DNA of 64,000 bases. Source: an uncultured delta proteobacterium (lineage in GTDB: Bacteria > Desulfobacterota > Desulfobaccia > Desulfobaccales > 0-14-0-80-60-11). The stretch's first letter is position 1; the number at the start of each line of letters is the position of its first letter. This document shows, in pieces, positions 1-10,511 of this stretch. The stretch is taken from NCBI GenBank assembly GCA_963808395.1, contig CAWEFJ010000031.1:190384-254383 (forward strand). Direction: 5' to 3'. The notes beneath the pieces were generated by a model, which worked only from the letters and a program-made list of their open reading frames with translations, was not told where the DNA came from and searched no databases. Position numbers and translations under genes: made by a program.

Positions 1-522
1 TCCACCCTGCCCATTTACCGCCGGGCCCGCCAGGGATTGCAATATCTGCCCCAGGAGCCCTCGGTGTTCCGCAAGCTCACGGTGGCCGAGAACATCATGG
101 CCATCCTGGAGACCCTGGAACCGGACCCCCTGGTGCGCCAGGAGCGCCTGGAACAGCTCCTGGCCGAGTTGCGCATCGGCCACCTGGCCCAGCAGAAGGC
201 CTCGTCGCTTTCCGGCGGAGAACGCCGCCGCGTGGAGATCACCCGGGCCCTGGTCACCGCGCCCCATTTCATCATCCTGGATGAGCCCTTTGCCGGCATC
301 GAACCCATGGCGGTCACCGATATCCAGAACATCATCCGGCAGTTGAAGGAACGGGGTTTGGGAGTGCTGATTTCGGATCACAACGTCCGGGAGGCCCTGG
401 GGGTCTGCGACCGGGCCTATATCCTCAACGAAGGGGTGGTCCTGGAGGAAGGGACGCCTGCGATGCTGGTGAACAGCGAACTGGCCAAAAGAATTTACTT
501 GGGAGAAACCTTTAAGTTATAA
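1..522 (+). CDS. lptB: LPS export ABC transporter ATPase LptB, C-terminal part (5' end outside window)
   Basis: Frame is open from nt 1 (STLPIYRRARQGLQYLPQEPSVFRKLTVAENI). ABC signature LSGGERRRVEITRAL and Walker B FIILDEPFAGI. Lies directly upstream of rpoN, as in the conserved lptB-rpoN-hpf-ptsN-rapZ cluster. Confidence 0.9.
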   Translation, partial: STLPIYRRARQGLQYLPQEPSVFRKLTVAENIMAILETLEPDPLVRQERLEQLLAELRIGHLAQQKASSLSGGERRRVEITRALVTAPHFIILDEPFAGIEPMAVTDIQNIIRQLKERGLGVLISDHNVREALGVCDRAYILNEGVVLEEGTPAMLVNSELAKRIYLGETFKL

Positions 523-565
523 TTTTGGAGTAAATCGCATCTCATCGCAACCCGAAGATTGATCA

Positions 566-2056
566 ATGCCCTTAGAGCTTCGCCAGAATCTCAAGCTGAC
601 TCAGTCGCTGATCATGACCCAAAAGCTGCAGCAAGCCATCAAGCTGCTGCAGCTCTCCCGTCTTGAGCTGGAGGGTGAAATCCAGCAAGCCCTGGAAGGC
701 AATCCGGTCCTGGAAGACTCCGAAACCCAGAGTCAAGAGAAGCCCGAGGGGGACCTTTTGCCGGAGGCTCCGGGTTTTTCCGGGGAGAGCGAGCCGTCCC
801 AGGAAGGAGCCGGCGAAAACGGAGAAGCCAAGTCATCTCAGGAAGAATGGGACTGGGAAGGCTTCTTGCAAGACCGGCTCATGCCGCCGCCCATGGGCGA
901 ATACGAAGAGCGGGAGGCCCTGCCCTTCGAGAGCCTCAACCCCCAGAAAACCACCCTGAAATCCCACCTCATGTGGCAGTTGCACATGGCCGAGCTGGAC
1001 CAGGAAGGCGAGACCATCGGCGCCCTGATCATCGGCAACCTGGATAGGGACGGCTACCTGCGGACCGAAGTTGCGGAGATCGCCGGGGAGATGGGAGTCG
1101 AACCGGCCCGGGTGGAAGAGGTCCTGGCAGTGGTCCAGGGCTTCGATCCGCCGGGAGTGGCGGCCCGGGATCTGAAAGAGTGCCTGCAACTTCAGGTCCG
1201 GCTGCTGGGGAACCCCGATCCCCTGGTGCTGGCCATCATCGACGGCCATCTGAACAATCTGGCCAACAAAAATTACCAGGCCATCGTCCGGGAGCTGAAA
1301 GTCTCCCTGGAAAAGGTAGGCCGGGCCAGCGAAGTCATCATGCAGTTGGAACCCAAGCCCGGCCGGGGCTTCGACAGCGAGGATGTCGACTACATCAACC
1401 CCGACGTCCACGTGGAGAAGGTGGGCAGCGACTACGTTATCCGCCTGAACGAAGACGGCCTGCCCAGGCTGCGGATCAATTCCTTCTACCTGGAGGCTAT
1501 GCGGGCTCCCGGCCAGTTGCCGGAGGGGGTGCGCAGCTACATCCAGAAACACCTGGACAATGCCCTGTGGTTCATCCGCAGCATTCACCAGCGTCAGAAG
1601 ACCCTGTACAAGGTGACCGAGAGCATCGTCCGCTACCAGCAGGAGTTTCTGGATCACGGCCTGTCGCATCTCAGACCCCTGACCCTGCGCCAGGTGGCCG
1701 AGGACGTGCAGATGCACGAATCCACCATCAGCCGGGTGACCACCCATAAGTACGTCCACACCCCCCAGGGGATCTTCGATCTGAAGTTCTTTTTCAACAG
1801 CGGCATCAACATGAACCTGGGGGAGCAGATCGCTTCGGAGAGCGTCAAGGATAAGATCCGGCAGCTCGTCCACTCCGAAAACCCCGAAAACCCCTGGAGC
1901 GACCAGGAGATCGCCGACCTGTTGCGCCGGCAGGACATCCTTATCGCCCGGCGCACCGTTGCCAAATACCGCGGCATGTTGGGGGTGCTCTCCTCCAGTA
2001 AACGCAAGAAGCCCGGATTCCGGCGTAAAGGCGCGCCCGAGAATCCGGCCCCTTAA
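566..2056 (+). CDS. rpoN: RNA polymerase sigma-54 factor
   Basis: 496-aa intact ORF. Region I is MPLELRQNLKLTQSLIMTQKLQQAIKLLQLSRLEL, followed by an acidic linker. C-terminal HTH and RpoN box (ARRTVAKYR). Confidence 0.95.
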   Translation: MPLELRQNLKLTQSLIMTQKLQQAIKLLQLSRLELEGEIQQALEGNPVLEDSETQSQEKPEGDLLPEAPGFSGESEPSQEGAGENGEAKSSQEEWDWEGFLQDRLMPPPMGEYEEREALPFESLNPQKTTLKSHLMWQLHMAELDQEGETIGALIIGNLDRDGYLRTEVAEIAGEMGVEPARVEEVLAVVQGFDPPGVAARDLKECLQLQVRLLGNPDPLVLAIIDGHLNNLANKNYQAIVRELKVSLEKVGRASEVIMQLEPKPGRGFDSEDVDYINPDVHVEKVGSDYVIRLNEDGLPRLRINSFYLEAMRAPGQLPEGVRSYIQKHLDNALWFIRSIHQRQKTLYKVTESIVRYQQEFLDHGLSHLRPLTLRQVAEDVQMHESTISRVTTHKYVHTPQGIFDLKFFFNSGINMNLGEQIASESVKDKIRQLVHSENPENPWSDQEIADLLRRQDILIARRTVAKYRGMLGVLSSSKRKKPGFRRKGAPENPAP

Positions 2057-2094
2057 TCCCGCCGCGGCCCCAGGCCATCTCACGGGAGGAGCAT

Positions 2095-2625
2095 ATGCAG
2101 ATATCCGTCACTTTCCGGCAAATTGAGCCCTCCGAGGCCCTGAAGAACTACGTCACCGACCGTTTGGGCAAGTTTAACCGTTATCTGGAAGAACCGGTGG
2201 AGGCCCACGTGGTCCTGGGTTTGGAGAAATTCCGCCACCTGGCCGACGTCACCATTGACAATAATGGCCGGGTTTTCAAAGGCAAAGAAGAAAATAACGA
2301 CATGTACGCGGCCATCGACCTGGTGATGGACAAGATCGCCATGCAGTTGAAGAAGTTCCGGGATAAACAGCGGGGGCCCAAAGGGGACCGCAGCGCCCGG
2401 TCGGCGGCGGCAGTGGCAGAGGAGGCCGAGGAGTTTTCGACCCTGCCGGCGGTGCGCCGCAAGCGGGTGGAGGTGCCGCCCCTGCTGGTGGACGATGCCC
2501 TGGAGATGATGCAAACCGGGGGGGAAGACCTGGTGGTGTTCACTAACGTGGCCAATGGCAGTTTGAGCATCTTGTACCGGCGTCAGGATGGCTCCTTCGT
2601 CCTGGTGGAACCCGATTTGCAATAG
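2095..2625 (+). CDS. hpf: Ribosome hibernation promoting factor, long form
   Basis: 176 aa. N-terminal S30EA/sigma-54 modulation fold (MQISVTFRQIEPSEALKNYVTDRLGKF) plus a C-terminal extension. Canonical position after rpoN. Confidence 0.9.
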   Translation: MQISVTFRQIEPSEALKNYVTDRLGKFNRYLEEPVEAHVVLGLEKFRHLADVTIDNNGRVFKGKEENNDMYAAIDLVMDKIAMQLKKFRDKQRGPKGDRSARSAAAVAEEAEEFSTLPAVRRKRVEVPPLLVDDALEMMQTGGEDLVVFTNVANGSLSILYRRQDGSFVLVEPDLQ

Positions 2626-2641
2626 GAGAGGCGGCGGTCCT

Positions 2642-3103
2642 ATGAAAATCCTCGAGATTCTGCCGCCGGAAAGGGTCATGCCGGACCTGCAGGCCAGCAA
2701 CAAACGGGGGACCCTGGAGGAACTGGCCAGGACCATAACGGACGGCGCCGACGGGCTGAGCCTGAAAAGCGTCATGGAAGTGCTGCTGGATCGGGAGCGC
2801 CTGGGAAGCACCGGCATCGGCGACCACATTGCCATCCCCCACGGCAAGCTGCCCCAGCTCTCCCAGTTGAAGCTGGCCTTCGGCCGCAGCCTCAAAGGAG
2901 TGGACTTCGACTCCATGGACGGCAAACCGTCCCACCTCTTCTTTCTCCTGCTGGCTCCGGTCGATGCCTCGGGCCTGCACCTCAAGATCCTGGCCAAGAT
3001 CTCCCGGATGCTCATGAGCCAGCCCTTCAGGGACAGCCTCATGAAGGCTCCGGGAGCCGAAGAGATTTACCGTCTAATCGCCGAGAGAGATGCGGAATTT
3101 TAG
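2642..3103 (+). CDS. ptsN: Nitrogen-PTS EIIA component PtsN
   Basis: ATG at 2642 (MKILEILPPERVMPDL). EIIA-2 type phospho-His context GIGDHIAIPHGK. Follows hpf. Confidence 0.85.
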   Translation: MKILEILPPERVMPDLQASNKRGTLEELARTITDGADGLSLKSVMEVLLDRERLGSTGIGDHIAIPHGKLPQLSQLKLAFGRSLKGVDFDSMDGKPSHLFFLLLAPVDASGLHLKILAKISRMLMSQPFRDSLMKAPGAEEIYRLIAERDAEF

Positions 3104-3165
3104 GTTAGTCTCCGCTACTGCGTGGCGTTTCCCGGTTTTCCCAGGCAGGAGGGCAACTCTGAGAC

Positions 3166-4086
3166 ATGGCGGCTGAGACCGAAACCCCGGGGCGGCCGGA
3201 GTTACCGCCGCTGGCTGCCCCGGTGCTGATCATTACCGGGCTGTCGGGCTCGGGGAAGAGCACGGTGTTGCACGCCTTGGAGGACGTCGGCTATTTCTGC
3301 GTCGACAACCTCCCTCTGGGGCTGCTGCCGCGGTTCCTGCACATGCAGGCCGGCGCCTCCCGGGACGGCCGCAAGATCGCCCTGGTGATGGACGTGCGTA
3401 CCCAGGGGTTTTTGCAGAATTATACCCGGGTCTCCCGCCGCCTGGAGGGCCAGGGCTTCAAACTCCACCTCATCTTCCTGGAGGCCGATGAAGAATCCCT
3501 CATCCGGCGGTTCAGCCAGACCCGGCGCCAGCACCCCCTGGCGGACCGGGAATCCATCTCCCAGGCCCTGGGGGAGGAACGGAAAGCCCTGGCCGGCCTG
3601 CGGCGCCTGGCGCAGCGCCTTATCGACAGCTCCTCCTACACCCCCCATCAACTGCGGGAGCTGATCCAAAAAGAGTATTCCCAGATCCCCTTCCAGCAGC
3701 GCCTCTGGCTCCATCTGGTTTCCTTCGCTTACAAAAACGGCATCCCCCCGGGGGCCGACCTGGTTTTGGACGTCCGCTTTTTGCCCAACCCCTACTTTGT
3801 GGAGGGCCTGACCGCCCTCACCGGCGAGGACCCCCCCGTCCGGGATTATGTCCTGAAGCAACCGGAAACCCAGACCTTCCTGAAGCACCTGTTCAGTTTC
3901 GTGGATTACCTGCTGCCCTGCTACCAGAAGGAAGGCAAGGCCCACCTCACCCTGGCGGTGGGCTGCACCGGCGGCCAGCACCGTTCGGTGGTCCTAATCA
4001 ACCTCCTGGCGGAGCACCTGACCCAGGGGAATTTTCCCTTTACCCTCAGCCATCGCGACCTGCCGCGGATCTTAGGAGATCATTAA
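3166..4086 (+). CDS. rapZ: RNase adapter / P-loop NTPase RapZ (YhbJ)
   Basis: 306 aa. Walker A ITGLSGSGKST and C-terminal GCTGGQHRSV motif. Conserved position after ptsN. Confidence 0.9.
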   Translation: MAAETETPGRPELPPLAAPVLIITGLSGSGKSTVLHALEDVGYFCVDNLPLGLLPRFLHMQAGASRDGRKIALVMDVRTQGFLQNYTRVSRRLEGQGFKLHLIFLEADEESLIRRFSQTRRQHPLADRESISQALGEERKALAGLRRLAQRLIDSSSYTPHQLRELIQKEYSQIPFQQRLWLHLVSFAYKNGIPPGADLVLDVRFLPNPYFVEGLTALTGEDPPVRDYVLKQPETQTFLKHLFSFVDYLLPCYQKEGKAHLTLAVGCTGGQHRSVVLINLLAEHLTQGNFPFTLSHRDLPRILGDH

Positions 4087-4490
4087 TGATCGGTATTTTA
4101 ATCGTCACCCACAAGGAACTGGCCGAGGCCCTGATGAGCGTCTGGGATCTGATCCTGGGGCGCGGTGAAGGGGTGCAGGCCGTCTCCCTGGACCCCAACG
4201 ACCCCCCGGAAGTCTCCCGTCAGATGATTCAGCGGGGCCTGGCCCAGATCAACAACGGCACCGGCGCCATCATCCTCACCGACATGCTGGGCGGCACCGC
4301 CTCCAACCTGGCCCTGCCCTTCCTCAAGGAGGGCAAGGTGGAGGTGGTCACCGGGGTGAACCTGCCCATGCTGATGAAATTGCCCCAGGTTCGCCAGAAA
4401 GCCGATTTGCAGGAGGCCGCCGTTGCCTTGAAGCAGTCCGGCCAGGCCGGGATCACCGTGGCCAGCGAAGTGCTGCGCCGCAAGAAATGA
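4086..4490 (+). CDS. PTS EIIA component, mannose/fructose family
   Basis: 134 aa, MIGILIVTHKELAEAL with the N-proximal His typical of EIIA-Man. Its ATG overlaps the rapZ TAA by 1 nt. Confidence 0.75.
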   Translation: MIGILIVTHKELAEALMSVWDLILGRGEGVQAVSLDPNDPPEVSRQMIQRGLAQINNGTGAIILTDMLGGTASNLALPFLKEGKVEVVTGVNLPMLMKLPQVRQKADLQEAAVALKQSGQAGITVASEVLRRKK

Positions 4491-4951
4491 CCCCCGGACT
4501 CACCATCCGCGAGGCCGGCCTGACGGATCTTAAATCCGTCTTTGCCATAGAAAAAGAGTCCTTTCCCACCCCCTGGTCCCGCTGGACCTTTCTGGCGGAG
4601 CTAACCCAGTCCCTGGGCCACTTCCTGGTGGCCGGCCCCCCTCCTCCCCAGCCCTGGCAACTCTGGGGCTATATCATCTATTGGCTGGTAGTGGACGAGA
4701 TGCACCTCCTCAACCTGGCGGTGCACCCTGAGAAGCGGCGCCGGGGCGTGGCCCGGGTCCTGCTCCAGGAGGCCCTGCGCCGCTCCCGGGCCCTGGGGGC
4801 CAAGGCGGCCTGGCTGGAGGTGCGGCCCTCCAATACCCCGGCCCTGGCCTTGTATGGCTCCTTCGGCTTTAAAGAAGTGGGGCGCCGTCCCAGGTATTAC
4901 GAAGATACCCAGGAAGACGCCATTATGCTGGTGTTGGAGTGGGGAGAGTAA
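4487..4951 (+). CDS. rimI: GNAT acetyltransferase, ribosomal-protein-alanine acetyltransferase-like
   Basis: 154 aa with acetyl-CoA binding motif LAVHPEKRRRGVARVLL. ATGA overlap with the preceding gene. Confidence 0.75.
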   Translation: MTPGLTIREAGLTDLKSVFAIEKESFPTPWSRWTFLAELTQSLGHFLVAGPPPPQPWQLWGYIIYWLVVDEMHLLNLAVHPEKRRRGVARVLLQEALRRSRALGAKAAWLEVRPSNTPALALYGSFGFKEVGRRPRYYEDTQEDAIMLVLEWGE

Positions 4952-4956
4952 AGAGT

Positions 4957-5045
4957 GGGGAAAAGGCGAAAAGGGAAAAAGGGAAAGGAAAGGCAGAGAA
5001 AAGCTTTTTACCTTTTACCCTTTTACCCTCTTTCCCTTTTCCCCC
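4957..5045. terminator. Long imperfect polypurine/polypyrimidine inverted repeat between convergent rimI and mrp; probable bidirectional terminator
   Basis: Left arm GGGGAAAAGGCGAAAAGGGAAAAAGGGAAAGGAAAGG. Right arm CCTTTTACCCTTTTACCCTCTTTCCCTTTTCCCCC. The arms are largely complementary. Confidence 0.4.
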
Positions 5046-5050
5046 TCGCT

Positions 5051-6310
5051 TTAAGCGGTGGTGCAAGTTGAACCGCAGCGGGCCCCGGGGCCCGGGGTTT
5101 TTTCCAGGTACTGCTTAACCAGTTCCCGCGGGTCCCCCTGGGGGGCGCCGGCGATGACTTCGATGCCCTTGTGGGCCAGCAGCTTCTGGGCCTTGGCTCC
5201 CAGGCCGGCGGCAATGACGTGGGTCACCCCCAGCTCGTCCAGCCACTCGGGGATGCCCCCGGGCTCCTGGGGAGGGGCGGGGACCAGCTCCTGGGCCTGG
5301 AGATTGCCGTTGCTGGCGGTCAGCAGGGCGAAGTGGGAGGCGTCGGCGAACTTGTCGCAGAGCTTGCCGCCGCTCACCGGCAGGGCGAACTTCAGGACCC
5401 CCGGCTGCCGGCGGCTCACCGAGAGAGGCAAGGCCGCCAGCACCCATTCCACTATGGGGGCCAGGGCCTGGAAAAAGGGGCTGTCCTTGATCTCCAGGAG
5501 GCGCCCCTGGTCGGCGGCCTCCACCATCTGAGGGTCGAATGGCAGGGCCCCCAGGAAGGGAACCTTGGCCTCCCGGGCGATGACCTGGCCGCCGCCCTGC
5601 TTGAACAGGGGGAGATCCCCGCCGCAGTGGGGACAGCGGTAGCCGCTCATATTCTCGATGATCCCCAGGACCTCCATGTCGATCTTCTGGCAGAAATTGA
5701 TGGATTTGCGCACGTCGGCCAGGGAGATCTCCTGGGGCGTGGTAACGATGACGGCCTTGGCGTCGATGATCGTCTGGGCCACGCTCATGGGCTCATCCCC
5801 GGTGCCCGGCGGGCAGTCCACCACCAGGTAGTCCAGGTCGTCCCATTGCACCTCGGTGAGAAACTGGCGGATCAGTTGGTGCTTCAGGGGGCCCCGCCAG
5901 ATGATGGCCATGTCCCGGTTGCGCATCAGCATCTCGATGGAGATGACCCGCAGGGTGTCGAACAGGTCCGGCGGCAGGGGGAATTGGCCATGCTGGAGGT
6001 CCAGGGGATCCTTGAGGCCCAGCATCCTCAGGACGTTGGGGCCGTGCAGGTCCACGTCCATCAGGCCCACCTTGTGGCCCCGCCGGGCCAGGGACAGGGC
6101 CAGGGAGACGGCCACGCTGCTTTTGCCCACCCCGCCTTTGCCGCTCATCACCACCAGTTTGTGGCGGATGCGCTTCAGGGCCCGGGTGAGATTCTTCTCT
6201 TCCGGGGACGATTCAGCGTGATGGGAGGGGCTGCACCCAGTACAGGATTGGGGCTCCGCCCCGCAGGTCTTGGGGTCCGCGCCCGAAGGGCATTTTTCAT
6301 CCATATCCAT
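5051..6310 (-). CDS. Mrp/NBP35-family Fe-S cluster carrier ATPase fused to a NifB/NifX-type cofactor-binding domain
   Basis: 419 aa. Cys-rich N-terminus, deviant Walker A VMSGKGGVGKSS, and YRCPHCG motif. The C-terminal ~110 aa (KFALPVSGGKL...GVTHVIAAGLGAKAQKLL) resemble the dinitrogenase FeMo-cofactor-binding fold. Confidence 0.8.
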   Translation of the reverse strand: MDMDEKCPSGADPKTCGAEPQSCTGCSPSHHAESSPEEKNLTRALKRIRHKLVVMSGKGGVGKSSVAVSLALSLARRGHKVGLMDVDLHGPNVLRMLGLKDPLDLQHGQFPLPPDLFDTLRVISIEMLMRNRDMAIIWRGPLKHQLIRQFLTEVQWDDLDYLVVDCPPGTGDEPMSVAQTIIDAKAVIVTTPQEISLADVRKSINFCQKIDMEVLGIIENMSGYRCPHCGGDLPLFKQGGGQVIAREAKVPFLGALPFDPQMVEAADQGRLLEIKDSPFFQALAPIVEWVLAALPLSVSRRQPGVLKFALPVSGGKLCDKFADASHFALLTASNGNLQAQELVPAPPQEPGGIPEWLDELGVTHVIAAGLGAKAQKLLAHKGIEVIAGAPQGDPRELVKQYLEKTPGPGARCGSTCTTA

Positions 6311-6766
6311 CCAAAACTCCTTATTCAGGCGATTTACCAGGTAACGAGGCGACAGGGCAAGTCAGACGCTGCCGGAATCGATATCTTTGAAATTTATCGG
6401 TTTGGCGCGGTCATTGCAAGAAATTTTGGAGGGAGGTGGGGGCGAAGGCATCCAGCCTGAGCCCGAAAAAGCCGGATGAGCTGGAATTCCGGTATGAAAA
6501 CCGGATCGACAGGCGCTAATTTTGGTTGAAGCTGCGTAGATATAGCAGTTATCACAAGTTATGAAAATCGTGTGATATGATTTGGATATGCAACGGCCCC
6601 GGCATAACCGGTCCTGGTGTAAAGCACCGGGTAATTTGGACCCGCATTTTTTGCTGGCTTTTAGTTCGGATTAAATCGGATATTAGGATGAAATAAAGAA
6701 TGGAGATTTTATCAAGCATTATGGTAACCTAACCAGAACTGCTTCGAACAAGGGAAGCCTAACCCG

Positions 6767-9700
6767 GTGAACCGCCTGACTACACAACGTTGGCTTGAGG
6801 CCTGGGGATATGCGAGCGCCCCGGAAGGTCTGCACCGACATAGCGTTGAGTTGCCTGCCTCTTACGCTTACAGTAACGAGCTTGGGAGCTCTCTGAACCC
6901 GAAGGGCATCATCCGCGCCACTGCGGTGTACGATGTCGAGGGTATCCCAACAGTCTGTTTTATCGAGGATGATGGCCAACTCGCTGAGAATTCAGCCGCA
7001 CTTGATCGAATCCGCGCGAAGATCTGGAACCAAAACTTGATCTGCGTCGTATTTGTGGTGCGCGAGAGTGATGCGCTCGCCGTCCCGGTAATCAAGCGTG
7101 AGTTGGAGCCAAAGGTCCTGCGGTGGTCGCAGGCCCATGAGGCAGGGCCATTCTCTCGTCGCGACGTGCAATCCGGTGAGATTTTTTGGCGTCATTCCGC
7201 GTGGTTTGCGCCGGAGGACCGTGTTGATCGGGTCCTGCTGCGCAACCTCCATTGCATAGTACAGGACCTCGTTGGCTTCGGCCTGAATAAAGTCAACGCC
7301 CAATATCTGATGGCGCAGGTCCTCTTTGTCTCCTATCTGGAGCACCGGAAAATCATCGGCAATACATACCGGGCTAAGCACAAACTCGAGCGCTTGGAGA
7401 ATCTGGTGCGCGGAGGAGATAGTGTGGGCATGGCGCGCTTGCTCACACAGCTCAAACATGACTTCAACGGAGATTTTCTCGAACCAACCAATGGTTCGGC
7501 CCTGTGGAACACGCTGTCAAATGCGGCGTTCGCCCGTCTTAACGAATTCTTGGAGGGGGTTGACTTAGGAACCAGACAACGAAGTCTATGGCATTACGAT
7601 TTTCGCTTCATTCCAGTCGAACTTATTTCTGGTATTTACGAGTCCTTTCTTTCTGATGAGCGACGGGAAGTTGGTGCCTATTACACATCCCGGCACCTCG
7701 CAAACTTCGTGGTCGATCGGGCGTTGGCTAAATTCCCGGATATTCTTGCGGAACTAATTTATGACGGCGCATGCGGATCAGGCATTCTTCTGACAACGGC
7801 ATACCGTCGAATGCTCTCTTATGCCGCAGCCCGGCATAGGCGCCCGCTTCGATTCGAAGAGCGCCGCAAGCTGCTTGAGGAGCACATTTTCGGCTCTGAT
7901 CTGAGCGTCTCAGCCTGCCGAGTCACCGCCTTCAGCCTTTATCTGTCCATGCTGGAAGGTTTGCAGCCAACGGATATCGCGGAACTACAGGACAACGAAA
8001 ACGTAAAGCTGCCTTCATTGAGCCAGAAGAACATTTTAGGTGGTCCAGGACAGGGTGATTTCTTCTCAGATGAGAATCCACACGCGAACAGCCGGCGATT
8101 CACAATCTTCCTGTCGAATCCACCGTGGGTCGAACCAAGAAAAGATCAAGAACTCAGCAGTGATCGCTGGGCCATTCACCACGATATCCAGATCCCCCGC
8201 CGTCAGACCGCTGGGGCCTTCATGCTGCGCGTCCGAGATAGTCTCGCTCCAAATGGCCGGGTCTGCCTGATCCTGCCGATCAGCATATTTGCTGCACCAA
8301 CTATGTGCCGCATTCTTTAAAACCTGGGCTGAGATTACTGATCGGATCGAGACGCTAATTAACTTTGGAGATTTGCGCAAACTTTTGTTTAACACGGCCA
8401 AACAACCATGCGCGGTAGCGGTCGGTCGGCCTCGGATGGAAACATCGCTCGGGCAAATACCTGGAAAGGAGACATTTGAATATTGGGTACCTAAAGCCGA
8501 TGTTAATTTTCGCGTTTGGTAGACTGACGTTACACAGTTCGGACCGTCATGTGCTGCAAACACGGGTCGTGCGTCAGGACAGTGAATTGCTCACCTCCCT
8601 CTTCTGGGGCACCGCACGCGATGTCGCCACTATTACAGAACTACGATTGCTGGGTCGACTGGACAATCTCATCGGCCAGAAGGGCGCATGGCGCACGCGG
8701 CAAGGGCTTTCACAGGCATGATGCGACGATCGACGATCCTGTTTCAGCTGATCCGTTGCGCGACCTGCAGTTTTTAGATGCAAAACACTTTGATGTGGAT
8801 GGACCGGTTCTCGATCGCGAACTATTGACCGACTTTCCAACCGAAATAGAGACCGTTCCGCATTTGCCCAAGGATCTTATTACGGCGTTTAAGGATCCGA
8901 AAATCGTCTTCACAGACGGCATCACAAGTCATCGCAGAATTCGAGCCGCCTTCTCCAAAGAAGTATTTTCTTTTACCAGCAGCATCGGCGTCATCACTGG
9001 TCCGAAAGGCGACGAACGCCTGTTGCGCTTTGTGGCGGCTTACCTTCATTCGAGTCTTGCGCAATATGTGCTGCTGCTGACGGCCTATCAGATCAACTTT
9101 GAACGAGAGCGTGTCACGCTCAACAATATCCGGCAACTGCCTTTCATCCATCCGGACCGACACCCGAAACCGAGGCGTGCCTGGCAGATTATTAACTCCA
9201 TCGTGGATGAGACACTGGCTTTGGAGCAACGTCACGGGCTTTTACGTCAGCCATATAATCCTCACAAGTGCGACTCGCTGATACTCGAATACTTTGGTAT
9301 GAACCGCCTACAACAGTCTCCGTACAGGAAGTATCGCAGGCGATTGCACCGTACTTGCAGCCCAGCTCCGTTTTCAGTTTGGATACGCCTTTGCAGCGGC
9401 GGCCAAGCCAAGCGCAGCTTGAGGACTTTGCCAAAGCGCTACATGGCGAGATCCATTCCTGGTCCGAATTTCGTGGCGGTGTCGGCGATGTAAAAGTCGG
9501 AATCAGTGTGAACTCGAAGGTAACGTGTGGTCCGCTGGGTATTATACGGGTAGAGCCTGTCATGAAAACTAGAGGCAGTAAGTTCTCAATGGTTCGGACC
9601 ACCACCAGCGATAAGGCCGTTAAGTCTCTGTTAGAACGCCTAAGCCAGGAAAGGCTACTTCCACTACGAAATCCAGCGCAATTTGCACTTAGCAACGGAT

Positions 9701-9846
9701 AGCGTGATTTTTTCGGGCGAGACAATCTACCTCGTGAAGCCCGCTTATCGCGTGGTCTTTGGCTTCATTCCGAGGCTTATCGTGACGCTGAACGTATCGT
9801 TCTCAGTGTCCTTTCAAACGGTTACAATAGGGAGACATTTCGGTGA
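6767..9846 (+). pseudogene. Large (~1025 aa equivalent) gamma-class N6-adenine DNA methyltransferase of type IIG/Eco57I-like architecture, broken by at least 5 frame changes as assembled
   Basis: - The first 517-aa piece carries IPVELISGIYESFL, motif I YDGACGSGILL and motif IV FLSNPPWV.
- The reading continues through frame pieces 8289-8522, 8476-8721, 8549-9493 and 9268-9702.
- A last piece ends RDAERIVLSVLSNGYNRETFR-TGA at 9844-9846.
- One shift I traced sits in a T run near 8290.
- G+C is lower than the flanks. Confidence 0.6.
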
Positions 9847-10511
9847 GGCGGCGCTATTCATGGGAGGAGATGATACCTGTTGACGAAACTCACGCCGCCG
9901 CAAGATTCCTGGTGACGACTTGGAATTTACTCGCGAAATCATGTCCTGAAGATATCCAATACGCGAAACATGAGCCAAAACTGACAGAACTGCTCTACAT
10001 TTATCTTAACAAGCTCAGGGCAGAATCAGGACTTACTGGTTTTTGGGTAAATGAAGCGCAGGAACCGCACATTGACGACAATGGCGAATTGCGGCGAATT
10101 AAAAAAGACATCACCTACTATTCGAACGTATTCATCCTGCGTCTTGAGCTAATTTTCGAGTTCAAGAAGCTCCACGCTCTCTCGCTCGCAACTTATCGAG
10201 GCGAAGAAGGCATGCGCCGCTTCATCGATGGCAACTATGCCCCACAAAAGCCGCTTGCGCTCATGGTTGGTATTATTCTAAAGGGCAATTACGAGGATGT
10301 GGTCGACGCCTTATATAACTCCTTATTAGGAGCCGATGTCCGCAGTGAATTACAGATGGTAAGCGACGCAACAGGCCGATACATCCGTAAGCCCTCAAAG
10401 GCCGTCCCGTCCACGGCCGAGTTTGATACCGAACATCGCCGGCCGGCTGATAAAGCCCCGCCTAACGGGACAACGACAATCGCCCATATCTTTCTAATAT
10501 GCGATCAATGA
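9843..10511 (+). CDS. Hypothetical protein with PD-(D/E)xK-like nuclease signature, translationally coupled to the methyltransferase
   Basis: 222 aa. Its GTG start overlaps the upstream TGA (GGTGA). KKDITYY...(16 aa)...LIFEFKKL fits the D-Xn-E-X-K motif. Lower G+C. Confidence 0.45.
   Translation: MRRRYSWEEMIPVDETHAAARFLVTTWNLLAKSCPEDIQYAKHEPKLTELLYIYLNKLRAESGLTGFWVNEAQEPHIDDNGELRRIKKDITYYSNVFILRLELIFEFKKLHALSLATYRGEEGMRRFIDGNYAPQKPLALMVGIILKGNYEDVVDALYNSLLGADVRSELQMVSDATGRYIRKPSKAVPSTAEFDTEHRRPADKAPPNGTTTIAHIFLICDQ

Noticed and set aside
833-2083. Very long antisense or alternative-frame ORFs inside GC-rich genes. Examples: 833-2083 (-), 5171-6460 (+), 18129-19685 (+), 26245-27651 (-), 39725-41125 (-), 49331-50875 (+), 16564-17697 (-), 44688-45833 (-).
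   Set aside because: Each lies opposite or out of frame to a gene with unmistakable homology motifs. Their translations are low-complexity (Gly/Ala/Pro/Arg/His/Gln-rich). Stop-poor shadow frames like these are expected at this G+C.
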